This document shows, one piece after another, positions 37,826 through 51,796 of a DNA stretch of 64,000 nucleotides. The DNA comes from Octopus vulgaris (taxonomy: Eukaryota): assembly GCA_951406725.2 (NCBI GenBank), contig OX597838.1, positions 27,652,001 through 27,716,000 of the forward strand, in the 5' to 3' direction. A program made the translations under genes and the position numbers. Each line of letters begins with the position of its first letter. Position 1 is the stretch's first letter. Under the pieces are notes generated by a model. The model saw nothing but the letters and a program-made list of their open reading frames with translations. It made no database searches and was not told the DNA's origin.

Positions 37826-40800
37826 AAAAAAGAAAGAAATATGTGTGTAGGGTGTGTGTGTGTGTGTATGTGCATTTCCTTGCCCTGACAACATGTGATG
37901 ATTGGAAACAAACTTCCAATGTTTTGTGAAAAAAGTATCTGGCCATAAAGGGAAATATTACACTGTTTGCAAACAGGTATGGGTCGGTGACTGGAAGAGC
38001 ATCCGGCTGAAGGAAATTGTCTCAGTGAATTCTGTCTGTCCCATAAAAGCATGGAAAAGTAGATGTTAAGTCGATAAGGACGATAGTGTGTATGTGTAGT
38101 ATTTCCCGTGTGTACAGTTAGAGTGTACGACTGCCATTGGTGAACTTAGGGCTCCCGGTTGAGTGTCCTCAAGCAGCCTGCTTCCAGTAAAGGGATGTGG
38201 TTACTACCATACTTTTGCATTGTCACTAGTTATGATATGCAGAGCAAATACAGGAAGAAGTATGACAAACACAAGACACAGTTTGTACCGTTTGTTTCCT
38301 GTCTACATTCCTAATTAATCACATGCAGGCACAGACATGTTCTTGGCATTCCTACACATGACTGAAAACAATAGCCCTAGGCTGACCAATGCCTTGTGAG
38401 TGGATTTGGTAGACGGAAACTGAAAGAAGCTTGTCGTATATATGTATATATGTGTGTTTGTGTGTGTGTGTGTCCCCCTAGCATTGCTTGACAACCGATG
38501 CTGGTGTGTTTACGTCCCCGTCACTTAGCGGTTTGGCAAAAGAGAACGATAGAATAAGTACTGGGCTTACAAAAAATAAGTCCCGGGGTCGATTTGCTCG
38601 ACTAAAGGCGGTGCTCCAGCATGGCCACAGTCAAATGACTGAAACAAGTAAAAGAGTAAAGAGTAAAGAGATGTGACAGTGTATACACATGTTCTGTTTG
38701 AAGGATGAGATTTGGTTGTTGTTTCTAGTAAGTTTAGCAACCATCTAGTGACTTTACAATTGTATGCGTAACGTGCAGCTGCACTGATTAGATTTTTGCA
38801 TGCTAACATGGAGACAGTGTGTAAATTTAGAATAAAAATAAAAGGCACATACCACATCGTGTATAGTGCAGAGAATTTAGTGGACTTAGTTCTCGTGTCT
38901 CAAGTGCAGATGCACGGAACCAAGTACACTCGGTTCCGGCACAGTAAGGGTTACAATTGTTGACCTTTATTTATATCTTTATGTTTCAACGAGGCCAAAA
39001 TATGAATTGATAATCAGGTCAGTCTCGCTTTTACATAATTGATTATTGGCTGAACTATTTAGCTAAGCCAGCTTATCCGCTGCATAGATTTAGCAGCTTA
39101 GAGCCAAGACTGTTTAGCTGTTATGACTGCACTCTTCTACTTGCGCTAATAATCTTGCAGTGGTGGATAAACGTAGCGGATTGGCTGAACCGGTGGAGCA
39201 TCGGTGAAAATGCTTTGCAGTATTTGTTCCAGCGCTTCAGGTTCTGAACTTAAATTCTGCCAAGGCTTAACTTTTCATCTTTCCAGGAAGTGTATTTAAT
39301 ATAGTACCAGTCATATACTGAGGACTGATTTCCTCAGATATATCTTTTTCACTCTCTTGATCAGGTTTACTTGATCAAGACTAGCCTAGGGCTAAACAAC
39401 AGCAGAGATTGGAAGGCTTGGCAATGGCTCAATATGGCCCTTTGTTTTCTTTGATGACTTGCAAATGGTGGAATTCACCAAATTTTATAATCAGTCTTTA
39501 TTCATTATTCTTCTTCCTTTCAAACTTTATTTCAGATCTTTAGTCATCTCAAAACTTACCAAACTGCATTACGGTTTATAAAATTACTGTTCTTGGAACA
39601 ATTAACTTAATTTTTTTTTTTTTTTTGTTTGAACAGTTTTCATTCACCCACCTCTCTTATAAGTTCTGAGTAGCCATGTAGCTTCCCTGCAGCAAGAAAC
39701 TGCTCTTCTTCCTCCTCACATATTCTCTTGTACTCTAACCACTTATCCCCTAGCATAAAAGGCCTCTTCATTGGGGTCTATAGTCTTTCAAGCAGCATGG
39801 TAACCTCACTAGTGCTAGTGGTATGAAAGAAAGCACCAAATACATGCTGTAAAGTGATTGGTGTTATGAAGGACATCCAACTGTAGAAACCATGCCAAAG
39901 CAGACACTGGAGTACAGTGCAGTCCATGCACCCATCAGATCCCGTCAAACTGTCCAACTCATGTCAACATTAAATATGCACGCTAAATGACGGGGGTTTA
40001 CCTCTCCTCTTCATTTCAATTTGTTTGATCTCTGATCATCATTTTAGGCGTTTTATTCCTTGGTTCATATAAGATACAGTCTGAACTTGAACTAAGAACC
40101 TTGATTTCTAAACTGAATGTTAATTCCTCCATCCAGTGTTGCGTCTACACTTTGTTTAACTAAGGGAGATTAAAAAAAAATAGTGGTGATGAAGTGTCAG
40201 GGTGGATCTTCAAAGTGTGAGGTGGGTAGAAGTGAATGGCGGAAGGAGGGTAAGAATCTGAGAGAGTGAGAGATGGTTAGAGTCAAGGAATGGGTGAGGG
40301 AGTGAATATAATGAAAAACAGCTGGCAGAAACCTCAGTACGCCGGGCGAAATGCTTAGCGGTATTTCATCTGCCATTACGTTCTGAGTTCAAATTCCGCC
40401 ATGGTTGACTTTGCCTTTCATCCTTTCGGGGTTGATAAATTAAGTACCAGTTACGCACTGGGGTCGATCTAATCGACTTAATCCCTTTGTCTGTCCTTGT
40501 TTGTCCCCGTCTATGTTTAGCCCCTTGTGGATAGTAAAGAAATAGGTATATAGGAAACAGGGGAGAGTAGGTGACAACTGTAGAGTCCGCAAATTTATAA
40601 AGTCTTAATAAATTTCGGAAACCTTGTCATCTTGGCAAGTAACAGCATGTTAGTTTAAATTCTCCTTTATGTTCTTCCTTTTATGCATCAGCACTCGGCA
40701 CTGAAAATGATAATCAATAACCAATTACTATTGGTACGTAACTAAAAATTCTGATGTAACTTCAATACACAAGACATGCTCTTCTCTGTTGACAGACGTT

Positions 40801-41175
40801 GTCTACCATTAAATTTTATTTGACAAATACAGTATTACATTAGCATTTGATCGAGATGTTTGATAATACAAGGAAGGATATAGTAGCTTAACAAAAGCAT
40901 GACATGATATGTATTCTAAACAAAAAATGATTTTATTCACCTCTTTGCTTCAAATATTTTCCCTCTCCTTGGCTGCTTGTATATTTATTTTTACCTCATT
41001 TTGGAATGATACAGAATGCCACAGTTTTTTTCTGCATGATGTCAATGAGATTGGAGACGTGTGGTTCAATTGTTTGCATACCGTAGAGTTATGAAGCAAC
41101 TTGATGTTAGATTCATGGTTGGTGTTGTTCCTTTCTGTTCTGTAGTGTTGTTGGGTGGGCAGGTGAACCTTATAT

Positions 41176-41222
<47 letters not shown>

Positions 41223-41594
41223 TGCATATATGTTATGTGGTTTGTATATGTATACTGTAGATATATTTTTTGTCTGTATTAATATACATAAAAATACATT
41301 TACTGTTGTGTGTGTATATATATATATGTATATATATATGCGCATGCATTTATGCAATAAAGTAATAGTCCTTAACTAATGTTATTTTCAGTTTTCCAGC
41401 AAGCACACGAGACAACTTCCAACAAGTTTTGGTCTTATACTGACCTCCTCAGTGAGGCATAGTTTTCACAATGTGTGTCTGTATATAAATCTATAAACAT
41501 GTGTATACATATATATATATCATTTGTTCCATTGCTAGTCAAAGTTTTTGCTGTCTGTGGTCATTCAGACACTGAGAAGATGAATTCTCTTTTG

Positions 41595-41636
41595 TTGCCT
41601 GAAGAGTTGTACACAGTGAGAAACTCTGAGTAGCAG
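41595..41636 (+). ncRNA. Minimal hammerhead ribozyme motif
   Basis: TTGC-CTGAAGA-gttgtacacagtga-GAA-ACTC-t-GAGT-A-GCAG. The core is intact and stem II is weak. Stem III has a 1-nt loop and resembles the half-motif at 6739-6751. Confidence 0.6.
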
Positions 41637-41732
41637 TGGAGAAAATCACCAGCTTCATACAATTAAATTCATTCTACATGTTTTGAGTACCATTTGTCCA
41701 TCCAAATGTGTGTGTATATCTATGTATGTATA

Positions 41733-41772
<40 letters not shown>

Positions 41773-42912
41773 GATACTACCATCACTACTACTACTAATA
41801 ATAATAAAAATTCAAGTCGGTCATACCTTCCTGTTTTGCATGTGCAGAGGTTGACTTTCATTCCCACCCAGGTATGTTTCAATGATATTTTTTCAGTTTT
41901 CCATACCAGTGGCTACTGGCAACATTTATAATCTCAGATGTTGTAAAATCAACCCTGCTGGAAATAGCAGCCAAATATCTATCTGCTGCATCAGAACACC
42001 TGTTCTCGTTAAAACTTTGAATATGTCGATTTAAGCATATCTTTACGAATTTTTATGAATTCCAAAAAATAATGTTTCTATACGCTCTTTTCTATCTACC
42101 TGTCTCTCTACCTAGTTATATTGACCTGTCTTTTTAATGTATCAATTTACCTGTCTATCTCTTTACTTACACAGCTACCTGTCTATCTACGTATATATCT
42201 ATCTACCTCGTTATTTATCTGTCTGCTTAAGTATGTATCTGTTTATGCCTACCTTTCTGTCTATATCACAGATAGACTACCCCTCCCTCACAACAAATGG
42301 AGTGGTCATTACTGGAATGACTATCAACAAAACATTGAATCACCTGAGAGGTTCAACAAGAACAGTCCATCTATCTGTTTGTCTGTCTACCTGTCTATTG
42401 ATTATCTGTTTATCTATACTACTACCATCCTCTCTCTGTGGCTATGGCCAGGAAGCATTTCGCCATAGGTCTGCTCAATCAGGGTTCATCTACAACAAAT
42501 ACACATTGACACATACATACAACGTATGTTGTGTTGTGGCATAATATTTGCACAAAAATCTGACAAAATTAGTCGTAAATGATTATCTGCCCCTTTCACC
42601 ATTTCGCTATCTCTCCCCCCCCCTCTCTCTCTCTCACACACACAGAGCTAAATACATGCTTTATATAGATATAGCTATAGATATATTTATGCATGTATGT
42701 ATTTAATGGAAGTACACACAATAATTAATCATCGTAAATAAATTCCACTTTCATAAATGAATATGCTTTCTTTAAAACAGCATGTTCAGTTCTCTGGCTT
42801 GACACAGTCTTCAGGATTGTCAAACCCTCCCAAACCATTCTATCCATGCCAGCATGGAAGCCAGGCATTAAATGATGTGTATGAATATTTATATATACAT
42901 ACATATACATAT

Positions 42913-42966
<54 letters not shown>

Positions 42967-42968
<2 letters not shown>

Positions 42969-43358
42969 TCTTTTACTTGTTTCAGTCATTTGACTGTGGC
43001 CATGCTGAAGCACCACCTTTAGTCGAGAAAATCAATCCCGGGACTTATTCTTTGTAAGCCTAGTACTTACTCTATCGGTCTCTTAAGTTACGTGGACGTA
43101 AACGCACCAGTATCGGTTGTCAGGCGATGTTGGAGGGGCAGACACAGACACACAAACATATACACACACATCCATATATATACATACATACATATGATGG
43201 GCTTCTTTCAGTTGCTGTCTACCAAATCCACTCACAAGGCTTTGGTTGACCCGAGGCTATAGTAGAAGACACTTGCCCAAGGTGCCACGCAGTGGGACTG
43301 AACCCGGAACCATGTGGTTGGTAAGCAAGCTACTTACCACACAGCCACTCCTGCACCT
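42967..43358 (-). mobile_element. SINE family A copy, reverse orientation
   Basis: Reverse complement of the family A consensus. Confidence 0.85.
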
Positions 43359-44268
43359 ATATATATATATATATATATAGCCAAGTGAAATTGTTGTGGC
43401 CATTGCTGGTGTCGTGTAAATGGCACCCATGGAATCATAATCATGGCCGTTGAAGGTTGCAGGATCTTTGAATGTTGGGCCTCACAGAGGTGATAACAAG
43501 TGACTGAGACCTTGACAATATGCTGTGCTTGAGAAGACCTGCCAAGCCAAGTGAAACCATAGTGGTTGCCATTGCCGGTGTCGGTGTCACATAAAAAGCA
43601 TACTTGGTGTGGTTGGCATTAGGAGGGGCATCCAGTTGTAGAAACCGTGCCAGATCAGACTGGAACCCCTGCTGCAGCTCTCTGGCTCAGCAGTTTCCAG
43701 TCAAACCACCTAACCCATGCCAGAATGGAAAGCAGATGTCGAATGATGATGATATCTATGTATGTATGTAGGTATGTATATGTATGTATATATTAGCTGT
43801 AATGCCAATTAGTATTGACAATTGAAGCAAATGACATTATTAAAGTATACAGGTATATACACCGACAGTGAGAAAGAGAGCAACAGTTCAATGAATAAAA
43901 CAACAACAAGGTTACATTCGACCAACTATAAACAGAAACACATAAGTAATCCAATTAAGAAGCAAGAAACAGAAGGGTGAGCGTGGGGGAAAGAGGGTGT
44001 TGTTGTTGGGGGTAACGTTGAGCTGTGAATCAGTTTCAGTTCAGTTCAAATGCTAATGATGTCCATGGGAAAACTTAGAGGGGAGAGACTTCTGTTGCAG
44101 CACAAGCCTCTTGTTCTTTACTTTACCTGAAGTACACGGGGCACTGGCCTAACTATTCATCAGTGGTGGAGGTCACTGACCGTTAGCAGTCGGACAAAAA
44201 AAATGTTTCAGATATTCGACTGAGATTATTTCGTGTGCATGAAAGAAGTGTGTGTATCTATCTATCTA

Positions 44269-44340
<72 letters not shown>

Positions 44341-44551
44341 TATATATATATATAGATCATATAGATATATATATATATACATATAGATACATACATAAAT
44401 ATATATATACATACATACATAAATATATATATACATACATATATATACGTATATATATATACATACATATACATACATATATATATATATATACACATAT
44501 ATATATACACACACACACATATATACACACACACACACAACACATATATAT

Positions 44552-44670
<119 letters not shown>

Positions 44671-45381
44671 ATATATAATAAGAAGAAGAATCCTTGGATG
44701 GAATTTATAAACATTTAATGCATCGCTACACATGTTTCCACAAATCATGTGTTTCTTAAGATTACAATCTGTATTCCTGAGATGATTACGGTGCAGCCCA
44801 TAGCATCCATGGGTATTGGGCTGATCATCTTTATGGATTCGTTTCTTCAAGCGATATCGTAAACAAATTTAAAAGATATCTATCTATATATGTATACACA
44901 CATGCACATGTGTGCATGTGCACTTATATATATGCACGCATACATGCATCATTATTTAATGTCCACATTTGATGCTGGCAAATCAGCAAGACACAGCACC
45001 AAGCTTTGCAGCCTCTTTCGGTGTGGTTTCTATGACAATATGCGTTTCTTAACTCCAACGCATTACTTACATACCTACATGCATGCATATATATGTATAT
45101 ATCTTTGTCTATGCACATGTGTCTATATGTGTGTGTGTGTGTGTATTTATATGTAATATATACATATGTTGGCCTGCTCGCTTAGCCAGCGGGGTGGCGT
45201 CATTGAAGGCTAAAACAATGCAAAACGCATTGTGACCAGCGACGTGCAGCAACAATACTGCTTCACAACCAGTGTTGGTGTGTTTATGTCCCTGTAACTT
45301 AGCAGTTCAGCAAAAAAGATTGATAGAATAAGCACCACTTTAAAAAAAAAAAAAAAGTAGTAATACTGGGGTTGATTCATT

Positions 45382-45549
45382 TCCATATTTAAGAGATGGG
45401 GAATTATGTATATCATTTACATTTGACAGATATTTGTCCTCATCTTGTCGGCTGATACACCCCCCCAGTCTTCATCAGGTGATTTGGGGAAATTTTGAAC
45501 CTTAGGCTGGAGGGTGTATCAGCCAAATCATTGTGTTAACAACAAACAA
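45382..45549. mobile_element. Second, rearranged fold-back copy of the 9488-9944 hammerhead family, nested in a SINE
   Basis: Shares ttacatttga.gatatttgtcctcatcttg, cttcatcaggt and ggctggagggtgtatcagcc in opposite orientations. Flanked by TGGG(G/A)TTGATTCATT at 45367-45381 and 45550-45564, interrupting the SINE 3' segment. Confidence 0.7.
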
Positions 45550-45803
45550 TGGGATTGATTCATTCGACTAAAATTTCAAGGTGGTGCCCCAGCATGGCCA
45601 CAGTCTAGTGACTAAAGCAAGTAAAAGATAAAAGATATATATGTATATGTGTGTATATATATTGTATGTATATATATATATATATATATATAATAAGAGA
45701 TGAAAACACATTAGCAATATTATGAGTGTGTGTATATAAATACATATACACAGATGCCTCTCCACACACACAAACATATATACACACACATCTCCCAATA
45801 GTA

Positions 45804-45865
<62 letters not shown>

Positions 45866-45949
45866 AGGTCCCGGGTTGATTCGGGGTTAACCACAGTAAG
45901 TAAGGTACTCAATACATAGCAGAGTAAAATTAATTTATTATATAGAAGG

Positions 45950-46000
45950 AGCTTCTACAGGACTAGTACTGTTTCATTCAAGAGAAATCTTCAGGAAGCT
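45950..46000 (-). ncRNA. Minimal type I hammerhead ribozyme motif (PLE pLTR, left arm)
   Basis: Exact reverse complement of 51746-51796. Confidence 0.8.
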
Positions 46001-46327
46001 ATTTAACAAGAATTGTCAAGGAGTCAGTGGTAAGTTAGATGAAAGAATAGATAAATAAAAAAATAGATAAATAAAAAAATAAAAAAATAAAAAAATAAAA
46101 ATGAAAAATAAAAAAAAAAAAAAAAATAAAATAAAATAAAAAATATAAAAAAATATAAAAAATATAAAAAATATATATAAAAAAATATATATATAAAATA
46201 TATATATAAAAAAATATATATATAAAAAAAGGGGGATAGAGTTATAGGTAAATAAGGAGATTCTTACTTATACCTATACACACATGTATACGTATCTACA
46301 CACACATACACACATACACATATATAT

Positions 46328-46372
<45 letters not shown>

Positions 46373-46823
46373 CCTACACATACACACATACATACATACA
46401 AATATACATATACATATATATATATACAATCCAATACAGGCCCATTCCCTAATTTTAATTTTATTATCTTCATTTATTACTTTTGTTATCTTTGATCGCT
46501 AGGGCTAAGAATCCTGGCAGTGGCTGCCTGTCCATTTGTCTGTCTACTAGAAGGCAAGTACTCATTCCCGCACGCACACTCATTAGCACGTACATTCACC
46601 CATTCGTACACTCATACACATACACGTACGCACGCGTTATATTCATACATACAAACATCTACATACGTTCACGTTTATACACATACGTACTCGTACCTAC
46701 AGATTCGTGTCTACACTTTAGGAGGCTAGTCTATACATATACACCAATAAATATACATATATATATATATACCCGCACATACATACACACACACACATAT
46801 ATACTCCTACATACAGATACATA

Positions 46824-46869
<46 letters not shown>

Positions 46870-47053
46870 CATACACCTACACACATACATATACACACAC
46901 ATACATACACATATATATACATACACAAACATATATACACACACATATATATACATACACACATACACACATACATACGTATACATACATACATACATCC
47001 ATACATCCATACTTACATGCATTTATGCGCATACACACACCCATCTATATATA

Positions 47054-47090
<37 letters not shown>

Positions 47091-47419
47091 TCACACATAC
47101 ATATACAAATCTACGCACACACATACATACATACACGTATACGCATACACGCACATACACATATACATGCGTGCATACACGCACATACACATATACATGC
47201 GTACCCATACACGTGCACACACGCACGCGCATCCATATATATACACACACACACATATATATATACACACGTGTGCAAGCATACATACATACTCATACGC
47301 GCACACATACTTACAAATACATATATGCACACACTTACACACATATATATACATACACATATACATGCATACATACATATATGCATACATACACACACGC
47401 ACTCATATATATATATATA

Positions 47420-47815
47420 TCTATATATATATAAAGCTGAAGTTGTCTGTGTGTGTGCGTGTGGCAGGTTTGGTAGCCTTTAACTAACACTATCTCCTCC
47501 GAGATCCTGCGGCGCAAGTTGACCAAAATTGGAAGTATGATGGAAGAAGGATTGTTCTTCATTCCGTAGAAGAAAAAATTTAAATTGAACCATGTTAAGA
47601 CCAAAAATTATTTACATAAAAAAGGTGCTTTTTTAGTATGAAAATCCCTACTTTTTTGACAGCTGTTTCGCCATTTTTTTGTGTATTTCAACCAGGAAGT
47701 TGTTCACTTAAAGAGAATAACAAGCTACATAATGCAAAATTTTTACTTTTCAAAACTTCCATCCTAATGGGTCAAAAAGAAAACAAACCCGAGCAACGCC
47801 GGGCTATACTGCTAG
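47420..47815 (+). mobile_element. Non-autonomous Helitron
   Basis: 5' TCTATATATATATAAA. 3' hairpin CCCGAGCAACGCCGGG at 47788-47803, then terminal CTAG. Inserted between A (47419) and T (47816) with no TSD. Absent from the mirror position in the other inverted arm. Confidence 0.88.
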
Positions 47816-47836
47816 TATATATATATATACATACAT

Positions 47837-47869
<33 letters not shown>

Positions 47870-48507
47870 CATACATATATATATACACATACACATATAT
47901 ATACATATATAGACATACATACACATACATACACATACACATACGTACACACATATACACACATATATATATATACATATATATATATACACATATACAC
48001 ATACATATATACACATATACATACATATACATACACACACACATACATATATACATATACACTGATACACATACCCATACATACACATGCATATACTTAT
48101 ATTACTACATACTCACATATATAAACATATATACATATACACACATACATATATACCTGTACATACACATACGTATGCATATATATATATATACATACAC
48201 ATATATACACATATATATATATATATATATATACATACACACACACACACACATACATATACACATATACATGTATACATACGCAAAAATGATACGCATA
48301 TATACACATACACACACACAGACAGATGCATATACATACATATATATATATAAATAAACTACATATCTATATAAATACATACATAATACACATATACACA
48401 CACATATATATACATTCATGCATATACATATACAAGTATACATACACAAACATACACACACACGCGCACACATACATATACACACACACATATACAAATA
48501 CATACAT

Positions 48508-48566
<59 letters not shown>

Positions 48567-48957
48567 CATGTACACATATACATATGTATATATATATCAA
48601 CAAGGGAGGGTAAAGTTAATTAGTTATTAATCAATTTCATCAAGTGTTCAGTATGTAAAGGGACCATTATTATTTTGAGTAAACAATGTTAGAGGGAAAA
48701 AAATTCTCTAAGTAGTGGAAGAGGCTAAAAAACTTTATTGGCTGCTATTTCTAGAAAGTTTAGTATGTGGCAAAGTAATTTATTTTATTTTCCTAAGCCC
48801 TAATTATATAATATTTTATACATACATACACATACATAAGCACATACATTTACACATACATATGCATATACATATATACACATATACATACAAACCCATA
48901 TACACATATACACACACACACACATACGAGCACATACATATATATATACATACATAC

Positions 48958-49000
<43 letters not shown>

Positions 49001-49230
49001 AATATATATACATATATATTTTTTTACATGCATACATACACACACACACACATAATACATGCGTATATTCCTACTGTACCCATGCATTTCTATACATATA
49101 TACATACATACATACGATACACATATACAAGCGTGCACATATAATATGTGAAAGGTCTTAGGAGAAAAGGTAATCGGGGGTGCTAGGGGAACAGTGGGGT
49201 TGGGGGGGGGGTTGTAGGGGGGGTTTGTCA

Positions 49231-49632
49231 TCAATCAGGTTGCCGGGTAGGTCTATAGTTCTTGTAGTTCGCATACTTCTTATGCATACAATTTGGGGAG
49301 TGTTCTGAAAATTTGTTAAGGAGAGGGCCTTTGGCGACCAAGATCTCTAGGCTCTCTGATATGCATAGGTCACAGCAGGTATGTCCTCCTGTGTACGAGC
49401 GCGCCTTCTGTAGTAGTTTCCACTTGGTCTTGAAGGGGATTGAGTTCCTTTTAAGGTACCAGATGTGGGCGGCGAGGGTAGTTTGGTTGGATTTATCCTG
49501 TCGCCGGAACGAGTGTGTATGTGCATACCAGCGGGTCTTAAAGCTGTTTGACGTCATTCCAATGTAGGATTTACTTTTATCGTCAAGGCCTGATCTTACC
49601 TCGCATTAATATACTAGGTCCCTCTGTAGGCA
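49231..49632 (-). pseudogene. C-terminal GIY-YIG endonuclease domain of a Penelope-like element, truncated and with an in-frame stop
   Basis: Extending ORF 49231..49557 upstream gives CLQRDLVY*CEVRSGLDDKSKSYIGMTSNSFKTRWYAHTHSF...CDLCISE...LLNK...CMH. This is the LVY...YIG-T--FK-R--H pattern with the CxLC-E / LLN / CxH tail typical of PLE endonucleases. TAA stop at 49606-49608. Confidence 0.9.
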
Positions 49633-50300
49633 TATATATATATATATGTGTGTGTGTATGTGTGTATGTATGTATTTGTATATGTGTGTGTGTATATGTA
49701 TGTGTGCGCGTGTGTGTGTATGTTTGTGTATGTATACTTGTATATGTATATGCATGAATGTATATATATGTGTGTGTATATGTGTATTATGTATGTATTT
49801 ATATAGATATGTAGTTTATTTATATATATATATGTATGTATATGCATCTGTCTGTGTGTGTGTATGTGTATATATGCGTATCATTTTTGCGTATGTATAC
49901 ATGTATATGTGTATATGTATGTGTGTGTGTGTGTGTATGTATATATATATATATATATATGTGTATATATGTGTATGTATATATATATATATGCATACAT
50001 ATGTGTATGTACAGGTATATATGTATGTGTGTATATGTATATATGTTTATATATGTGAGTATGTAGTAATATAAGTATATGCATGTGTATGTATGGGTAT
50101 GTGTATCAGTGTATATGTATATATGTATGTGTGTGTGTATGTATATGTATGTATATGTGTATATATGTATGTGTATATGTGTATATATATATATGTATAT
50201 ATATATATGTGTGTATATGTGTGTACGTATGTGTATGTGTATGTATGTGTATGTATGTCTATATATGTATATGTATATGTATGTGTATATATATATGTAT

Positions 50301-50332
<32 letters not shown>

Positions 50333-50335
50333 ATG

Positions 50336-50366
<31 letters not shown>

Positions 50367-50680
50367 GAGTGCGTGTGTGTATGTATGCATATATGTATGT
50401 ATGCATGTATATGTGTATGTATATATATGTGTGTAAGTGTGTGCATATATGTATTTGTAAGTATGTGTGCGCGTATGAGTATGTATGTATGCTTGCACAC
50501 GTGTGTATATATATATGTGTGTGTGTGTATATATATGGATGCGCGTGCGTGTGTGCACGTGTATGGGTACGCATGTATATGTGTATGTGCGTGTATGCAC
50601 GCATGTATATGTGTATGTGCGTGTATGCGTATACGTGTATGTATGTATGTGTGTGCGTAGATTTGTATATGTATGTGTGA

Positions 50681-50717
<37 letters not shown>

Positions 50718-50901
50718 TATATATAGATGGGTGTGTGTATGCGCATAAATGCATGTAAGTATGGATGTATGGATGTATGTATGTATGTATACGTATGTAT
50801 GTGTGTATGTGTGTATGTATATATATGTGTGTGTATATATGTTTGTGTATGTATATATATGTGTATGTATGTGTGTGTATATGTATGTGTGTAGGTGTAT
50901 G

Positions 50902-50945
<44 letters not shown>

Positions 50946-51396
50946 TATGTATCTGTATGTAGGAGTATATATGTGTGTGTGTGTATGTATGTGCGGGTAT
51001 ATATATATATATGTATATTTATTGGTGTATATGTATAGACTAGCCTCCTAAAGTGTAGACACGAATCTGTAGGTACGAGTACGTATGTGTATAAACGTGA
51101 ACGTATGTAGATGTTTGTATGTATGAATATAACGCGTGCGTACGTGTATGTGTATGAGTGTACGAATGGGTGAATGTACGTGCTAATGAGTGTGCGTGCG
51201 GGAATGAGTACTTGCCTTCTAGTAGACAGACAAATGGACAGGCAGCCACTGCCAGGATTCTTAGCCCTAGCGATCAAAGATAACAAAAGTAATAAATGAA
51301 GATAATAAAATTAAAATTAGGGAATGGGCCTGTATTGGATTGTATATATATATATGTATATGTATATTTGTATGTATGTATGTGTGTATGTGTAGG

Positions 51397-51441
<45 letters not shown>

Positions 51442-51745
51442 ATATATATGTGTATGTGTGTGTAGATACGTATACATGTGTGTATAGGTATAAGTAAGAA
51501 TCTCCTTATTTACCTATAACTCTATCCCCCTTTTTTTATATATATATTTTTTTATATATATATATTTTATATATATATTTTTTTATATATATTTTTTATA
51601 TTTTTTATATTTTTTTATATTTTTTATTTTATTTTATTTTTTTTATTTTTCATTTTTATTTTTTTATTTTTTTATTTATCTATTTTTTTATTTATCTATT
51701 CTTTCATCTAACTTACCACTGACTCCTTGACAATTCTTGTTAAAT

Positions 51746-51796
51746 AGCTTCCTGAAGATTTCTCTTGAATGAAACAGTACTAGTCCTGTAGAAGCT
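51746..51796 (+). ncRNA. Minimal type I hammerhead ribozyme motif (PLE pLTR, right arm)
   Basis: AGCTTC-CTGAAGA-tTTCtcttGAAt-GAA-ACAG-tactagtc-CTGT-A-GAAGCT. Stem I is 6 bp, the CUGANGA/GAAA core is intact, stem II is weak, and stem III is 4 bp with a palindromic ACTAGT loop. The predicted GUA cleavage site is after 51790. Confidence 0.8.

Noticed and set aside
46483-51286. Long ORFs of 334 aa (46483-47487 +) and 488 aa (49820-51286 -) with identical N-termini
   Set aside because: These are H/T/Y/I-rich translations of CA/TA microsatellite. The identity simply reflects the inverted duplication.
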